A stretch of 64,000 nucleotides of DNA, taken from positions 119,213 through 183,212 of the forward strand of contig JAFGUC010000043.1 of the NCBI GenBank assembly GCA_016938695.1. The letters are read 5' to 3'. Made by a program: the position numbers and the translations under genes. Below the pieces are notes generated by a model that did no database searches, was not told the origin of the DNA, and saw only the letters and a list, made by a program, of their open reading frames with translations. Origin of the DNA: Candidatus Woesearchaeota archaeon (GTDB lineage: Archaea > Nanobdellota > Nanobdellia > Woesearchaeales > JAFGUC01). The stretch's first letter is position 1, and each line of letters starts with the position of its first letter. Shown here piece by piece: positions 9,601 through 19,377 of the stretch.

Positions 9601-10250
9601 TCATAGTCTAATTTAAAGAATTTGTAATTCATACGACCATCAAAATCTTGACAAATTACATAGAAATTTTTGTTATACGACAAAGAAAAATCATAATTTT
9701 CCAAAATATGAGTACTCGAATTAGATACATCAAATTCAGAACCAACTTCAAATTTTTTCAATAAAGAATAACCCAATAAATGTGCATATTTACAATACGC
9801 CTTCTTATCAATTAAAGTATCTGGCTCCCTAGTTTTAATAATAATGTCACCAACCGAAGCATTCATTACAAAAAGCTTCGGTTGGAGCATTACAATATCT
9901 GTTATAGGTACATCAACAAGAATTTTTTTCCCATATGTTCCGATATTGTGAACTAAATCTTCAACAAGAACAACAAAATCATATGGACCATTATCTAAAG
10001 GAATATTTGGCGTTAATGTTGCATTTAATCTCTCATAACCATAAATAATATCAAAATCAGATAATCCATATTCAACCTCAAGATTATCCATATTAGTCAT
10101 CGTAATATCAACAACATTAATAGGTTCGTCGAATTCCATAAAAATTTGAGGCTTTGACTTATGAGTCACATAAGTTTCTTCATCTTCAGCATATACAGAA
10201 AAAACTAGAAGAAACAGAAATAAAACTACAAATACCTCTTTTTTTATCAT
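6693..10250 (-). CDS. Type I membrane surface protein, 1185 aa: Ig-like region, 3 Cys-rich repeats, thrombospondin-type-3-like Ca-binding repeats, TM helix, long Lys-rich cytoplasmic tail
   Basis: It has a Sec-type signal (MIKKEVFVVLFLFLLVFSVYA-EDEE). Three repeats of about 50 aa have the form TD.DCGG.C.GCG.G..C...SDC.S.FC....C. D-x-D-x-D-G motifs are present (DCDGDGLFD, DPNDDPDGD, DTDGDGYTD). The TM helix is INWVIVFLVFIFLIIASYLASSY, followed by about 340 aa of K/S/Q-rich sequence. Confidence 0.85.
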   Translation of the reverse strand: MIKKEVFVVLFLFLLVFSVYAEDEETYVTHKSKPQIFMEFDEPINVVDITMTNMDNLEVEYGLSDFDIIYGYERLNATLTPNIPLDNGPYDFVVLVEDLVHNIGTYGKKILVDVPITDIVMLQPKLFVMNASVGDIIIKTREPDTLIDKKAYCKYAHLLGYSLLKKFEVGSEFDVSNSSTHILENYDFSLSYNKNFYVICQDFDGRMNYKFFKLDYDVIPPTIVSTTFNPPKMITLENKFNFTVVTNEDTFCFFDLLGTRRYFGNDTKDSQNSVDSYVKEHTVSLNNILPEENGIYDINLICQDRALWRTEQLVEYEVDLSAALQILVEVPAEYTSKDLFTLDFFTNKPSYCEYSFDDSELLKTDSTPAVPLSHHKSLNEIYAEEGPHVIHFECVSDSAEITQFRELDYNFIVDKTPPSQPVLNGSDVSCVKNTLELTAESFDNESGIDYYMYMVEKGGKQLVNWTQSGSKIVIKDENLNTTDKDIFFITVEAYNKAGLKSMYASKSINFDETGISCDSQPPVVSYNMSTSFGMTFVSLICVDDSGQCIDLRFNMVDFGSCFPSQLYMNPQTVDKNYRLCYSARDAAGNKVNGTFNISFYTKPGADIFCNNDIFDSNESETDVDCGGPCQGCGVGKSCLVDSDCFDQFCLDNVCIAPTCTDNRFQRTIETDLDCGKNCAQQGYRCELGKNCGVHSDCISGFCDNYTCQPSSCDDSVRNGEETDIDCGGSFCLGCGIGSVCSLDSDCASNYCKGGICEDYKKKDCDGDGLFDWWEEKYFKCTPLENGCIDCADPNDDPDGDRLLNIEELKKGTDPTRKDTDGDGYTDKIELDLSYNPLDPKDHPINWVIVFLVFIFLIIASYLASSYTFDYFKPIRDVELIKLRQKELLEKQQKLRQQQQHPQEKVNVETNVNTVSQHKVQTKVEVSKPIVAGPKPNSKLHNLKAKHSVDLSREKERSKLFNVFDGVVPKSSLTSEEFKKVLAKKLKLKKLKKSGISSTKKDVSSSLPAKKQDISELEKFEKQVNVESQKDLSSIINKSSELDEFLQKTSVKKSDKSDFSKLDSIGKNTDSLSRLASRKIKGDALDRILNRKQNRLDELSQKKKNDVSDLDNLISGKRKQNSNLMNTFAEGISQGMNIGIMSTLLKKLLEDGKINKRDLEQLLLELYSSGKLSNVDYIKLKDDLNM

Positions 10251-10290
10251 ACAACGTACCTATTAACAGATAAAAATAAAATTAAAAAAA

Positions 10291-13200
10291 TTATCGATAT
10301 TCAACTTCAATGTTTTCCAATGTTGGAGCAAGTAAATCTCGTTCAACAAATAGACCTGAAACATCACTATATGGTTTTGGTTCAGTACCATCTGAAACAT
10401 TCAATTCAATACTGTTTAACTGTGGCTTTTTATTTAATTCGCCTTTTAGTCGTATATCAACATAAAACAAATTATTTCTTAAATCAACCACACCAGTATA
10501 ATACTCATCCAAAACTTGGTTGTGTGCTTTAACAGTTTTAATATCAGGCGTTAACATTTTTGCAACAATTCTTACTGCTTCATCACTAGTCCAAGATGCA
10601 TTAACTAAATCTGTACCGCCACTGTTATCAAGCTCATCATACACTCTCTTACTTAATGCTCTTGTTTCATTTGTTGAAGGATTAATTAAAGTAACATTGA
10701 CAACTTCATATTGAGGAGGTTGTGTATCAACAACCATATTCAATTCTTTAATCACATAATTTCCAGCAACATCTGAAATATTAACTATCAATGGAAGTAT
10801 TCTATTTTGTAACAATTCTGATGGAAGTTTATACAATCCTAAATAAACCTCGTATCCATCGGAAAGTTTAACTCCTTGAGACCAAGACCAAAACTTAGTT
10901 GCAACCGTTTCATTTGCCGTTGGTGTTTTAACTTTAATTTTAATTGCACCTTGACCTTCATAATCTTTGGATAAGAATAAATCCTCAACCTCAACATCAT
11001 AACCATCAAGTGTATAATTACCTAAACCAACAGTATGTTGTTTTCCATTCAAAACAATCAAAGCCAAATCTTCAGATGATACACCGCTTCCAAATACCTC
11101 ACTATAGGAATATGAAAGTCCTATTTCCTCAAGATTAATCATCTTCGCAAAGACATTATCTATCAATCCTGAGAAGATTGATGACCAATCTGAAACTTGG
11201 CTTAAACTTTCAAGTTTTGCAACATCAAACCCAATAAATTCAAAATTAACAAGACTCTCATTAATTTCAATTTGTCTACGTTCTGCAGATGGAATTATAA
11301 AAGTTCCAGTACTATCGGCAAGTCCGGTTGGCGCATCTATTGTTATTCTCAAACCATAGTTTTCACCACGGACATCCATTCCCACTGGATAAGTCGCATT
11401 AGGACTAAAATGTCTTACTAGACCTTCATCATGCAATCTCACATCTGGAGGCATTAAATCATAGTAAACTCTGAATTCATACCATCCAACTGGAGAAACT
11501 TCTCCATCGACAAAAGTTCTAAATGCTTTAACTCTATAAACAAATTCATATACATAGTCGTTTGAAAGACTATCCAATGAAATATTGAACTTATATCTAT
11601 TACGGCCTGCTTCCCAGAAATCAGAACTTGATGAGAACTGCATATCAAATCCTGTTTGAGGAACAACATCAAGTAAAGTTACATTAAGATCATCATCAAA
11701 GAATACATCTACTTGCAACTCTCTATCTTTAACCCAAATCATTCCTCGTCCAGTATTGTACACTTCTTTATCAATTGTAATCATTGGGAATTCTGGAGCT
11801 CCACTAGCCATTGTAAAATTATAACCATATTCATCTTTATTACCAGATCTATCTCTAACAACAATATAAACCTCATAATCCCCGTCTGCAATTTGCTCAA
11901 CAGGATCATAAATTACATTGTAATTAGGATTTTGACCTTCAACAAAAATTCTTGAGTTATCAACTAAAACATCATTTAGATATAATTCTACATCAGATGA
12001 TTCAATTCCAGATATTGTTTCTGTAACATTAAATTCAATATTTGCTTCCTCTTTGTTAAAAGTACCAATTGGAGGATAAACAGATTCTTCAATAATTACT
12101 GGTGCAACATTATCATTGATAATCTTGTACACAGGCATCATATATGTCTCAGTTTGCAAATCATTTAATGAAACAATATAGAATAAAGTTTCACCATTCT
12201 CTGTAAGATTTAAATCCAATCTAAATAATTGAGATATTGTTTCAAGATTATACAACTTGTATTCATCACCAACTGATAAATCATAATCTAATGGAGGTTC
12301 AATTAAAACCCGTGTTTCACCGTATAATCTTTCACCATCTGTTGAATTTGGATTAATACTGGTAATTTTGTAATATTTACCATAGTTTGGATAATCCCTC
12401 AAGAATAATTTTTCATTATCGTTTCTAATAAACTCAACATAAATATATCCACCGTTAAGATTCTTCAACGAATTTAACATTAATGACCATTCACCACCAA
12501 AATAAAGTTCAGATGAACCTTTCTCTACAGGCCGACTAATATTAAATCTAACATCCTTAACAACAACAGCATCATTACCTATGCTATAATCATGCAAGTC
12601 ATGAATTCCTGCTGCATCATTATATTTAAGATAAGTATCTTTTGGAGCTATTCCTGTAACAATCATTTTTGTTTCATTAGTATATATATACGTAAAATCA
12701 GTATCACGTTCACCATATCTAATTTTATTCACAGGATATCCCGGATAATCATACTGACCATCAATCATGCCAGATTTATATTCTTCAAATGGAGGAACTA
12801 ATCTTGCAAGTGCTGGTTGTGTTGTATCAATATTCAACTTAACAGTCAAACCACCTTGAGTACCTTGGAAATCATAGACTACAACTTCAAAAGGTAATGG
12901 TAGTTGGTCACGCGTATATTTTGTTCCACCAACAACTGCAAAAGTACCACACATCGAATCAGAATCAAAATCAACTAATGCAACATATGGTAAACTTGGG
13001 AAAATCATGAAAGTATCTTTATTCACATCGTCTGCATTAGTAAACAAACAGAAGTCATAAAGACCAGCACCTAATACTGGTGATACCTCGTCATGAGACA
13101 ACTCAACAATATCATACTTTCTAGTGATATTCATCTTAAAACGTGGACCCATTGTATCATTAACATATACAGAATAATAATATTCTTTGTAATTACCCAC

Positions 13201-16200
13201 CATATCACTTACATTAAGCATAACAAATTTAGTTCCTAACGTCTTAGTAAGTTTAGTTAAATCTAAAACAAGCATTCCAGATGTTTCGTTATATTCATGT
13301 GAAATTATTTTTCTATCCCAATATTCAGTTCCATTCTCAGACTGAGTTAAAACTGCAGACACAACAGAATCAGGATTTACTCCCGAACCTGCACATCCTT
13401 CTGGATCAATATAAGCAACTTCTGCATATGTAGTTAAATCATACTCTACATACATATCGTATTCATCAATTCCTTTTTTACCAACTTGATAATATGGTTC
13501 TCCTAAACCTTCTGTACTTGTTTTAGTATACAAAGAATTTACATTCAATTCAGGAACCTTTGAATCTAAAACAACCTGGAAACCCTTCTGATCAAAAACA
13601 CTTTCTTTCCACATAGTCGCTTGATCCATTACCTTAAAATAAACATTATTTACAACATCATTAGTCAATTCATCGCTGGATAAAAGAAGAACTAATTTAC
13701 TATTGTCCTCTTTGATTAATCCCGATTTCAAAACTCCAGATGAACCGATTTTATATCTAGATTTATCAGCATCTAATGGCGCAGCAAAATCCTCAGAAAT
13801 AATTCCAAAACTTTCTGAATCAAGAACATATCCTCCTTCTTGAACAAAAGAGATTGAACCAGAAGTAAATGAACTATCGGTTTCATCAATAATCAACGAC
13901 TCATCAAAATAAATTTGAATTTTTGAATCTTGTACAAAAAGTCTAAAGTTATGCCAGCCATCAGATAAATTTACTACAGTATTTGGTACTACTGCTTTTG
14001 CACTTCCATCAACTAATAATCTAACATCATTACCAATTGAAACAGTATAAGCACCTAAACCATTTTCTCTAAAATTAACTTCTAAATTACTGCCAGGCAA
14101 TCTTTCTAGATAAACTTTTGATTTCAAATCAAAGTTTCCAAAAGAAATATCTGAAGTTAATTCATCTAATGATGAAATCGCAAAATTATTTACATTTACA
14201 CCAACAGCTAAGTAACCCACATCGTTTCCAACTGGAGATCTTAATACAGGCAAATCACAAGTATTCTTGAAAACATTACCACCTAAATTTTCAGCAACTA
14301 AACTAAAAGAATCTATTGTTGGCTGTAAGTTATCAATTTTTATTGTTTGTTCAGTATCAATTAATACATTCTTTGGTCCCAGTTCATAGTAATCAGTACA
14401 TGAGTATGTCATATCAAAAGGTCTTAAACTATAAAATTCTTGAGACATATCAAATTCATTTTTACCGTCAACACAAATTCCATCATAACAAATTGTCATG
14501 TTTTCTCTTGTATTAGAACGACCAAATTCATATCCACTATTTCCTGGATCAGCACAATGGATATTCAACTTATCATAAGAACTTGAACTCATCCATTTAT
14601 CAACATCAACAGACTGACCATAATCATCCTCAAAGAAAACATATGGTTCTTGTGAATCAACATATACAACAAATTTATTCAATTCATTTATTGCACTGTA
14701 AATAGTTTCTCCATTCGTCATGAAATGCTTACACCATATATAATAATTATAAGGAACATTTTCATCTAAATCATCAGTATTAACATCGAAGGAATACAAG
14801 TGTTTCATTGGAAGTAATAAACTTCCTTCTTTGAAGATCATTGGATTCGATGATAAATCACTTACTCTATCAGCTTCCATTCCCCAAGAATTAAATCTGT
14901 CAACATCTAAGAAATCACCATATTTTAATGGAATTACTTCTTCTGAACTTCCAGCTTGTAAAACCCTGCATTCTGAAGGAATTGCAGTATACACACCAAC
15001 TGAACGAAGTCCCACACCATCTTTTACTGTTAAAACTTTTGGATTAAATCTCATATTTCTATCAGAATTAATTACAAGCTCAATTTCAGCATAACCTGAA
15101 GCATCAGCTTGAGTTTGATTACCCGTTTCATCATAATTAACTCTGTAAGAATTTGTAAATAATCCCAAATCATTTTTACATTTAATTCTATAAGTATAAA
15201 CTCCATCTGCAAGTCTTGGAACCAGAACAGTCCAATCACTACCAGACTCACCTAATGGTTCAGGAGTCGGATTAATTGCATCATAACCTGGAACAGAAAC
15301 ACTAGATGAATCAACTAAAGTTGTATAACATTTAAGTTCAGCTCCACCAACTGTATGTGTATGAATTTCTAAATCACTTTGGTACTTCTTAGTGTAAGGA
15401 TCTTTAGTATCAATTTCAGTAGATGTAAAATTCCAATCAACATAAACTCCAGGAGCACCTGAAACAACCTCAACATTATCCTTTTTCAAAATTTCTAAAT
15501 TGTTAGAATTATCTCTCATAAAGAAATAAAGTGAATAATCTCCACTTGGAACATAACCAAAGTCAAGAACCATCTTATTCTTTACTGAAAAATCAGATTG
15601 AACTGATGAAGAACCTTTTCCATACTCCTGAACTTCTCCCCATTCATTCTCTAATGGAGTTTCATTAACAATAAAAGCTCGCAAGACATAATTGCCAATT
15701 AATTCAGAATTATCATTCACAGCGAAAGGCAATTTTAAAGGATCTCCCCTAACCTTTGGAGCAAAAGGAATAAACTCTGTTTCAGCTGCTTCATTATCTA
15801 ACGAACAATTGTGGAAAGATAAATCACTTTCATAAGGATATAACCAATCCCAAACTCTAATCCAATTTCCACAATCAACTGAACCAACTTGTTTATTTGA
15901 ATATATTTCAGAATCTTTAGGTTGATTTGTATAATCTGCATCTTTAATACAGACACCAGAAGAACCATCAAAATAAGGAAGATCAGGTCTTTTTGAACTA
16001 ACCCATCTACAAGTTCCTAATTCAAATTTATCATTACTTGTTGAAAGCTTGCTGTTATCTTGACCAACTGAACTAAATGAACCTAATTCAATACCAGATT
16101 TATCATAAGTTGGCTGGATAACAGTATAACTTCCATCTTCACAATCAAGTTGATTATTATAATCTTCACAAGCAACATCTCTTGCATTTATACATTGATA

Positions 16201-19200
16201 ATTAATCTCTCTAGTTCTTTCCTTTCCTAAATAGTCACCATCAACTTGATTAACATCAGGAGTATATTTGTAATAACAGTTTCCAAATAAATCACATCTG
16301 TCTTCATCACACAAACCAAAAAATCTATTCGTTGGATCATGACATTTTGTACAATCTTGCCATTCTTCTTCAACAGGAGTACATACACCATCTCCAAAAA
16401 CAGAAAAATCAGAAGGATTCCAAGAACAATCTATTCCTCTATTAAAAAGACATTTATTCTCAACACAAGATTCTGCGGATTTGTAATCGTAACAACTATT
16501 AACCATATTACATGATTTATATACATCAACTGCAGAAATAAAATCGTTTTCTCCAACCCTTGAAGAACCTTTTGTACTCAAATAATTTCTATCAGTAAAA
16601 CATACATCTTTGTATCCTGGCTCAGTATTACAATTCACAGGTTCTGTTTTATCTAAATCATAAATTTCTGCATTAAAAGTAAAAACACCCAAAGTACTAG
16701 AACAATTTAAACACATATTTTCATAAACACAAGATGCTTTTCCCATGGAATCTACATAACACTTTTTACCAGGTTCACATTCTGTAAAAGTATAAGTAGA
16801 CATATTCTCTTCACAGACTCCAGTAAAAAATGAATCTGCCATTGAGTAAGAATATTTCTCTCCTGGAGCAACATCATCACTAAAACAAAATTCTGGTTTT
16901 CCTTGAAGACATGGCTTTATACCTGAATAAGTACATACGATGTCAGACAATCTAGGAACTATTGCACCATTATCTGCTTCATAAAAATGAGCAACCATAA
17001 AACAATAATTTTTTTCTTCAACAGCACCAAATTCAAATGTTGAACTTTCATCATATGAATTTGCATTAAAGAATAATTCTGAACGAGTTTCAAAATCAGT
17101 TTTTGAGAATTCTTCAGCTGACTCGAAAATAGAAGGACTACTTAAAGAATTAATTTCTAAATCTTCAGTCAAAACATTTCCATCATCGTCATAAACACAA
17201 TCATTACAATAGTAAACTCGTGATTCCATTAAATTACAATTCTCTGGATTTTCAGCAGAAGTAATTGTTAAATCAAGTTCTGGCGGCATTCCAACATTAT
17301 GACCAACTTCGCTTCCTAAGTCTGGCTTAAATTGACTAGCAGTTCTAATTAAACCTTCAGAACAAGTTATTCTTTCAACACAAATATCAACAACACAATC
17401 TCCGCCAGCACAATTTTCAGAATTTACATTAAATGCATTTGAATACTTAACGTACGAAACTGGTCGAGATTCAGGATTCTTATCAGATGCTTCAATAGTA
17501 AAAGAACCCGCTGGAACATTTGTCACAACATACTCGCCATTCGCTAAAGTAACTGCATTTGCTGCAATTCCTGCATCAGGAAGATATACCAAAAAGTCTT
17601 GCAAAGGAACATCGGAGTCTCCTGAACAATCTTTAACAACGCCAGTAACCCTATAAACTGGTTGACGTAAAAGATATAAAGTTTTATCAGAAGAACTTGA
17701 ACTTCCAATCGTAATTGATCTTAAACCATTGAATGCAATATTTTGTTTAACATTTGAAGTTCCATCTGGACCAAAGTATAATCTCTTTGCTTCAATTTCA
17801 TAGGATTGATCTATTGCAATATTTTCAAAGACAGCTCGTCCTTGAGAATCAGTTTTAACTGGAATATTATATCCAAATCTTACTTTTTCTCCACCTGCTG
17901 TTTGAACTACAACATACAAAAATACATCAGCACCTTCTAATGCATAAGGATCACTACCCTTAGTACATCCAGCCAAATCACAACCTTTAACATAAACCGT
18001 TAAATTACCACGATTATTTGCATCAACAGTTTCTTTCATAGTTTTTACTAATGTAAAATGTAAAGAACTATCTTCATATAAATAAAATACTGGAGAAGTT
18101 TTTGAAACATATCCATCTGCACTAGCATACATATAGTAATTTCCAGAAGGAACATTTGAAATTACATAATCACCAGATGAATCAGTTACTGCTTGCATAC
18201 CATTAACCGGAAGTCCAGTTTCTTTATACAAAAGCATAACATTTGAACCAACAACTGGTTCACCATCACTAGTATTAACGTGACCAGATAATGTAAATTC
18301 ACCCACCGAAACAGATGAACCAACACCAGTACCAATAACAAAATCTTGTTCAATTATTTTTGTATTTTCTGAAAATTCAGGAACAACAAAAGGCGATGGT
18401 TCTGCAGGATACGAATCAGTTCCATTGTAATAAACATAAACGCTATCATACGTACCTGATTCAATATCAGCATACTCAAAATAACCTTTGCTATCAGTCA
18501 CAAAAAAATAACTGTTTCTTGAATTTGCAACCTTTAATGTAACGCCAGGTAAAGCAGCACTACCACTTTTAACATAACCTTGAATAACAACAACATTCTT
18601 AGAATCTAATTCAGCATTAACTGTTAAATCATCAACTACATCCAAATTTTCAGATGCATATTCGTAATATCCTAACTTATTAGCATATACTTTGTATGAA
18701 CCCGAAGGAACATTTGACAAAATAAAATTACCTCTAGCATCAGTAAAATTAGTTATACCACTAGAAACATACACAACTGCGTGATTAATTGGAAGTCCTG
18801 ATTCAGAATCAACAACAGTTCCAGAAATTGAATATCTTGTTGCAAATTTTGGAATTTCACTCACACACTCAAAACCATCTTTAGTATTATCAATTAAACA
18901 CTGATCAAAATTATTTTGTTGAGGGAATCTTACATCTACACAATAATTACTCGTACCATAACAAGGGATTAAGTTGTAACAACCATCATTGGAAAAATAA
19001 TAACATGTTGGGCGACAGTATTCTACTTCATCACAAGAATCAACGGAAGGATCAAAATCTGAAGGGCATTCATAAGCAAATGTTTCTGAACAGGAATCTT
19101 TACAACAACCAATCTGACAACTATTAACTTGAGAACAGTCAGAACTTGACTTAAAAAACTCCGGTAAACATGCCGAAGCTGGATAATTATTTAAACATTT

Positions 19201-19317
19201 ATCACCAGTCTTTGAAACAATACAACATCCTAATTCCTCAGATAACACTGAAGCCGATAGTATAAAAACTAAGCAAACTACCAGAAATAGGCTTAATACG
19301 AGTTTTTCCTTCCCCAC
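10291..19317 (-). CDS. Giant secreted surface protein, 3008 aa (CarboxypepD_reg-like beta-sandwich repeats, Cys-rich modules, LamG/concanavalin-like segment); no C-terminal anchor seen
   Basis: The reading frame is 9 kb and uninterrupted. It has a GTG start with a GGGTGA RBS and the signal MGKEKLVLSLFLVVCLVFILSASVLS-EE. Repeated motifs of the type SISGTVVDSESGLPINHAVVYV...ARGNFILSNVPSGSYKVYANKLGY resemble the carboxypeptidase regulatory-like domain. DGWHNFRLFVQDSKIQIYFDESLI resembles LamG. Confidence 0.85.
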   Translation of the reverse strand: MGKEKLVLSLFLVVCLVFILSASVLSEELGCCIVSKTGDKCLNNYPASACLPEFFKSSSDCSQVNSCQIGCCKDSCSETFAYECPSDFDPSVDSCDEVEYCRPTCYYFSNDGCYNLIPCYGTSNYCVDVRFPQQNNFDQCLIDNTKDGFECVSEIPKFATRYSISGTVVDSESGLPINHAVVYVSSGITNFTDARGNFILSNVPSGSYKVYANKLGYYEYASENLDVVDDLTVNAELDSKNVVVIQGYVKSGSAALPGVTLKVANSRNSYFFVTDSKGYFEYADIESGTYDSVYVYYNGTDSYPAEPSPFVVPEFSENTKIIEQDFVIGTGVGSSVSVGEFTLSGHVNTSDGEPVVGSNVMLLYKETGLPVNGMQAVTDSSGDYVISNVPSGNYYMYASADGYVSKTSPVFYLYEDSSLHFTLVKTMKETVDANNRGNLTVYVKGCDLAGCTKGSDPYALEGADVFLYVVVQTAGGEKVRFGYNIPVKTDSQGRAVFENIAIDQSYEIEAKRLYFGPDGTSNVKQNIAFNGLRSITIGSSSSSDKTLYLLRQPVYRVTGVVKDCSGDSDVPLQDFLVYLPDAGIAANAVTLANGEYVVTNVPAGSFTIEASDKNPESRPVSYVKYSNAFNVNSENCAGGDCVVDICVERITCSEGLIRTASQFKPDLGSEVGHNVGMPPELDLTITSAENPENCNLMESRVYYCNDCVYDDDGNVLTEDLEINSLSSPSIFESAEEFSKTDFETRSELFFNANSYDESSTFEFGAVEEKNYCFMVAHFYEADNGAIVPRLSDIVCTYSGIKPCLQGKPEFCFSDDVAPGEKYSYSMADSFFTGVCEENMSTYTFTECEPGKKCYVDSMGKASCVYENMCLNCSSTLGVFTFNAEIYDLDKTEPVNCNTEPGYKDVCFTDRNYLSTKGSSRVGENDFISAVDVYKSCNMVNSCYDYKSAESCVENKCLFNRGIDCSWNPSDFSVFGDGVCTPVEEEWQDCTKCHDPTNRFFGLCDEDRCDLFGNCYYKYTPDVNQVDGDYLGKERTREINYQCINARDVACEDYNNQLDCEDGSYTVIQPTYDKSGIELGSFSSVGQDNSKLSTSNDKFELGTCRWVSSKRPDLPYFDGSSGVCIKDADYTNQPKDSEIYSNKQVGSVDCGNWIRVWDWLYPYESDLSFHNCSLDNEAAETEFIPFAPKVRGDPLKLPFAVNDNSELIGNYVLRAFIVNETPLENEWGEVQEYGKGSSSVQSDFSVKNKMVLDFGYVPSGDYSLYFFMRDNSNNLEILKKDNVEVVSGAPGVYVDWNFTSTEIDTKDPYTKKYQSDLEIHTHTVGGAELKCYTTLVDSSSVSVPGYDAINPTPEPLGESGSDWTVLVPRLADGVYTYRIKCKNDLGLFTNSYRVNYDETGNQTQADASGYAEIELVINSDRNMRFNPKVLTVKDGVGLRSVGVYTAIPSECRVLQAGSSEEVIPLKYGDFLDVDRFNSWGMEADRVSDLSSNPMIFKEGSLLLPMKHLYSFDVNTDDLDENVPYNYYIWCKHFMTNGETIYSAINELNKFVVYVDSQEPYVFFEDDYGQSVDVDKWMSSSSYDKLNIHCADPGNSGYEFGRSNTRENMTICYDGICVDGKNEFDMSQEFYSLRPFDMTYSCTDYYELGPKNVLIDTEQTIKIDNLQPTIDSFSLVAENLGGNVFKNTCDLPVLRSPVGNDVGYLAVGVNVNNFAISSLDELTSDISFGNFDLKSKVYLERLPGSNLEVNFRENGLGAYTVSIGNDVRLLVDGSAKAVVPNTVVNLSDGWHNFRLFVQDSKIQIYFDESLIIDETDSSFTSGSISFVQEGGYVLDSESFGIISEDFAAPLDADKSRYKIGSSGVLKSGLIKEDNSKLVLLLSSDELTNDVVNNVYFKVMDQATMWKESVFDQKGFQVVLDSKVPELNVNSLYTKTSTEGLGEPYYQVGKKGIDEYDMYVEYDLTTYAEVAYIDPEGCAGSGVNPDSVVSAVLTQSENGTEYWDRKIISHEYNETSGMLVLDLTKLTKTLGTKFVMLNVSDMVGNYKEYYYSVYVNDTMGPRFKMNITRKYDIVELSHDEVSPVLGAGLYDFCLFTNADDVNKDTFMIFPSLPYVALVDFDSDSMCGTFAVVGGTKYTRDQLPLPFEVVVYDFQGTQGGLTVKLNIDTTQPALARLVPPFEEYKSGMIDGQYDYPGYPVNKIRYGERDTDFTYIYTNETKMIVTGIAPKDTYLKYNDAAGIHDLHDYSIGNDAVVVKDVRFNISRPVEKGSSELYFGGEWSLMLNSLKNLNGGYIYVEFIRNDNEKLFLRDYPNYGKYYKITSINPNSTDGERLYGETRVLIEPPLDYDLSVGDEYKLYNLETISQLFRLDLNLTENGETLFYIVSLNDLQTETYMMPVYKIINDNVAPVIIEESVYPPIGTFNKEEANIEFNVTETISGIESSDVELYLNDVLVDNSRIFVEGQNPNYNVIYDPVEQIADGDYEVYIVVRDRSGNKDEYGYNFTMASGAPEFPMITIDKEVYNTGRGMIWVKDRELQVDVFFDDDLNVTLLDVVPQTGFDMQFSSSSDFWEAGRNRYKFNISLDSLSNDYVYEFVYRVKAFRTFVDGEVSPVGWYEFRVYYDLMPPDVRLHDEGLVRHFSPNATYPVGMDVRGENYGLRITIDAPTGLADSTGTFIIPSAERRQIEINESLVNFEFIGFDVAKLESLSQVSDWSSIFSGLIDNVFAKMINLEEIGLSYSYSEVFGSGVSSEDLALIVLNGKQHTVGLGNYTLDGYDVEVEDLFLSKDYEGQGAIKIKVKTPTANETVATKFWSWSQGVKLSDGYEVYLGLYKLPSELLQNRILPLIVNISDVAGNYVIKELNMVVDTQPPQYEVVNVTLINPSTNETRALSKRVYDELDNSGGTDLVNASWTSDEAVRIVAKMLTPDIKTVKAHNQVLDEYYTGVVDLRNNLFYVDIRLKGELNKKPQLNSIELNVSDGTEPKPYSDVSGLFVERDLLAPTLENIEVEYR

Positions 19318-19377
19318 TCAATCACCCTTTTTTTATAAATAAATATAAACTACTTTAAAAAGTTTATGATTTAAAAC
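19318..19377 (-). promoter_or_regulatory. AT-rich spacer with T-run and TATA-like box upstream of the 3008-aa gene (possible internal terminator/promoter)
   Basis: The minus strand reads taagttttaaatcataaactttttaaagtagtttatatttatttataaaaaaaGGGTGAttgaGTG. Confidence 0.25.
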
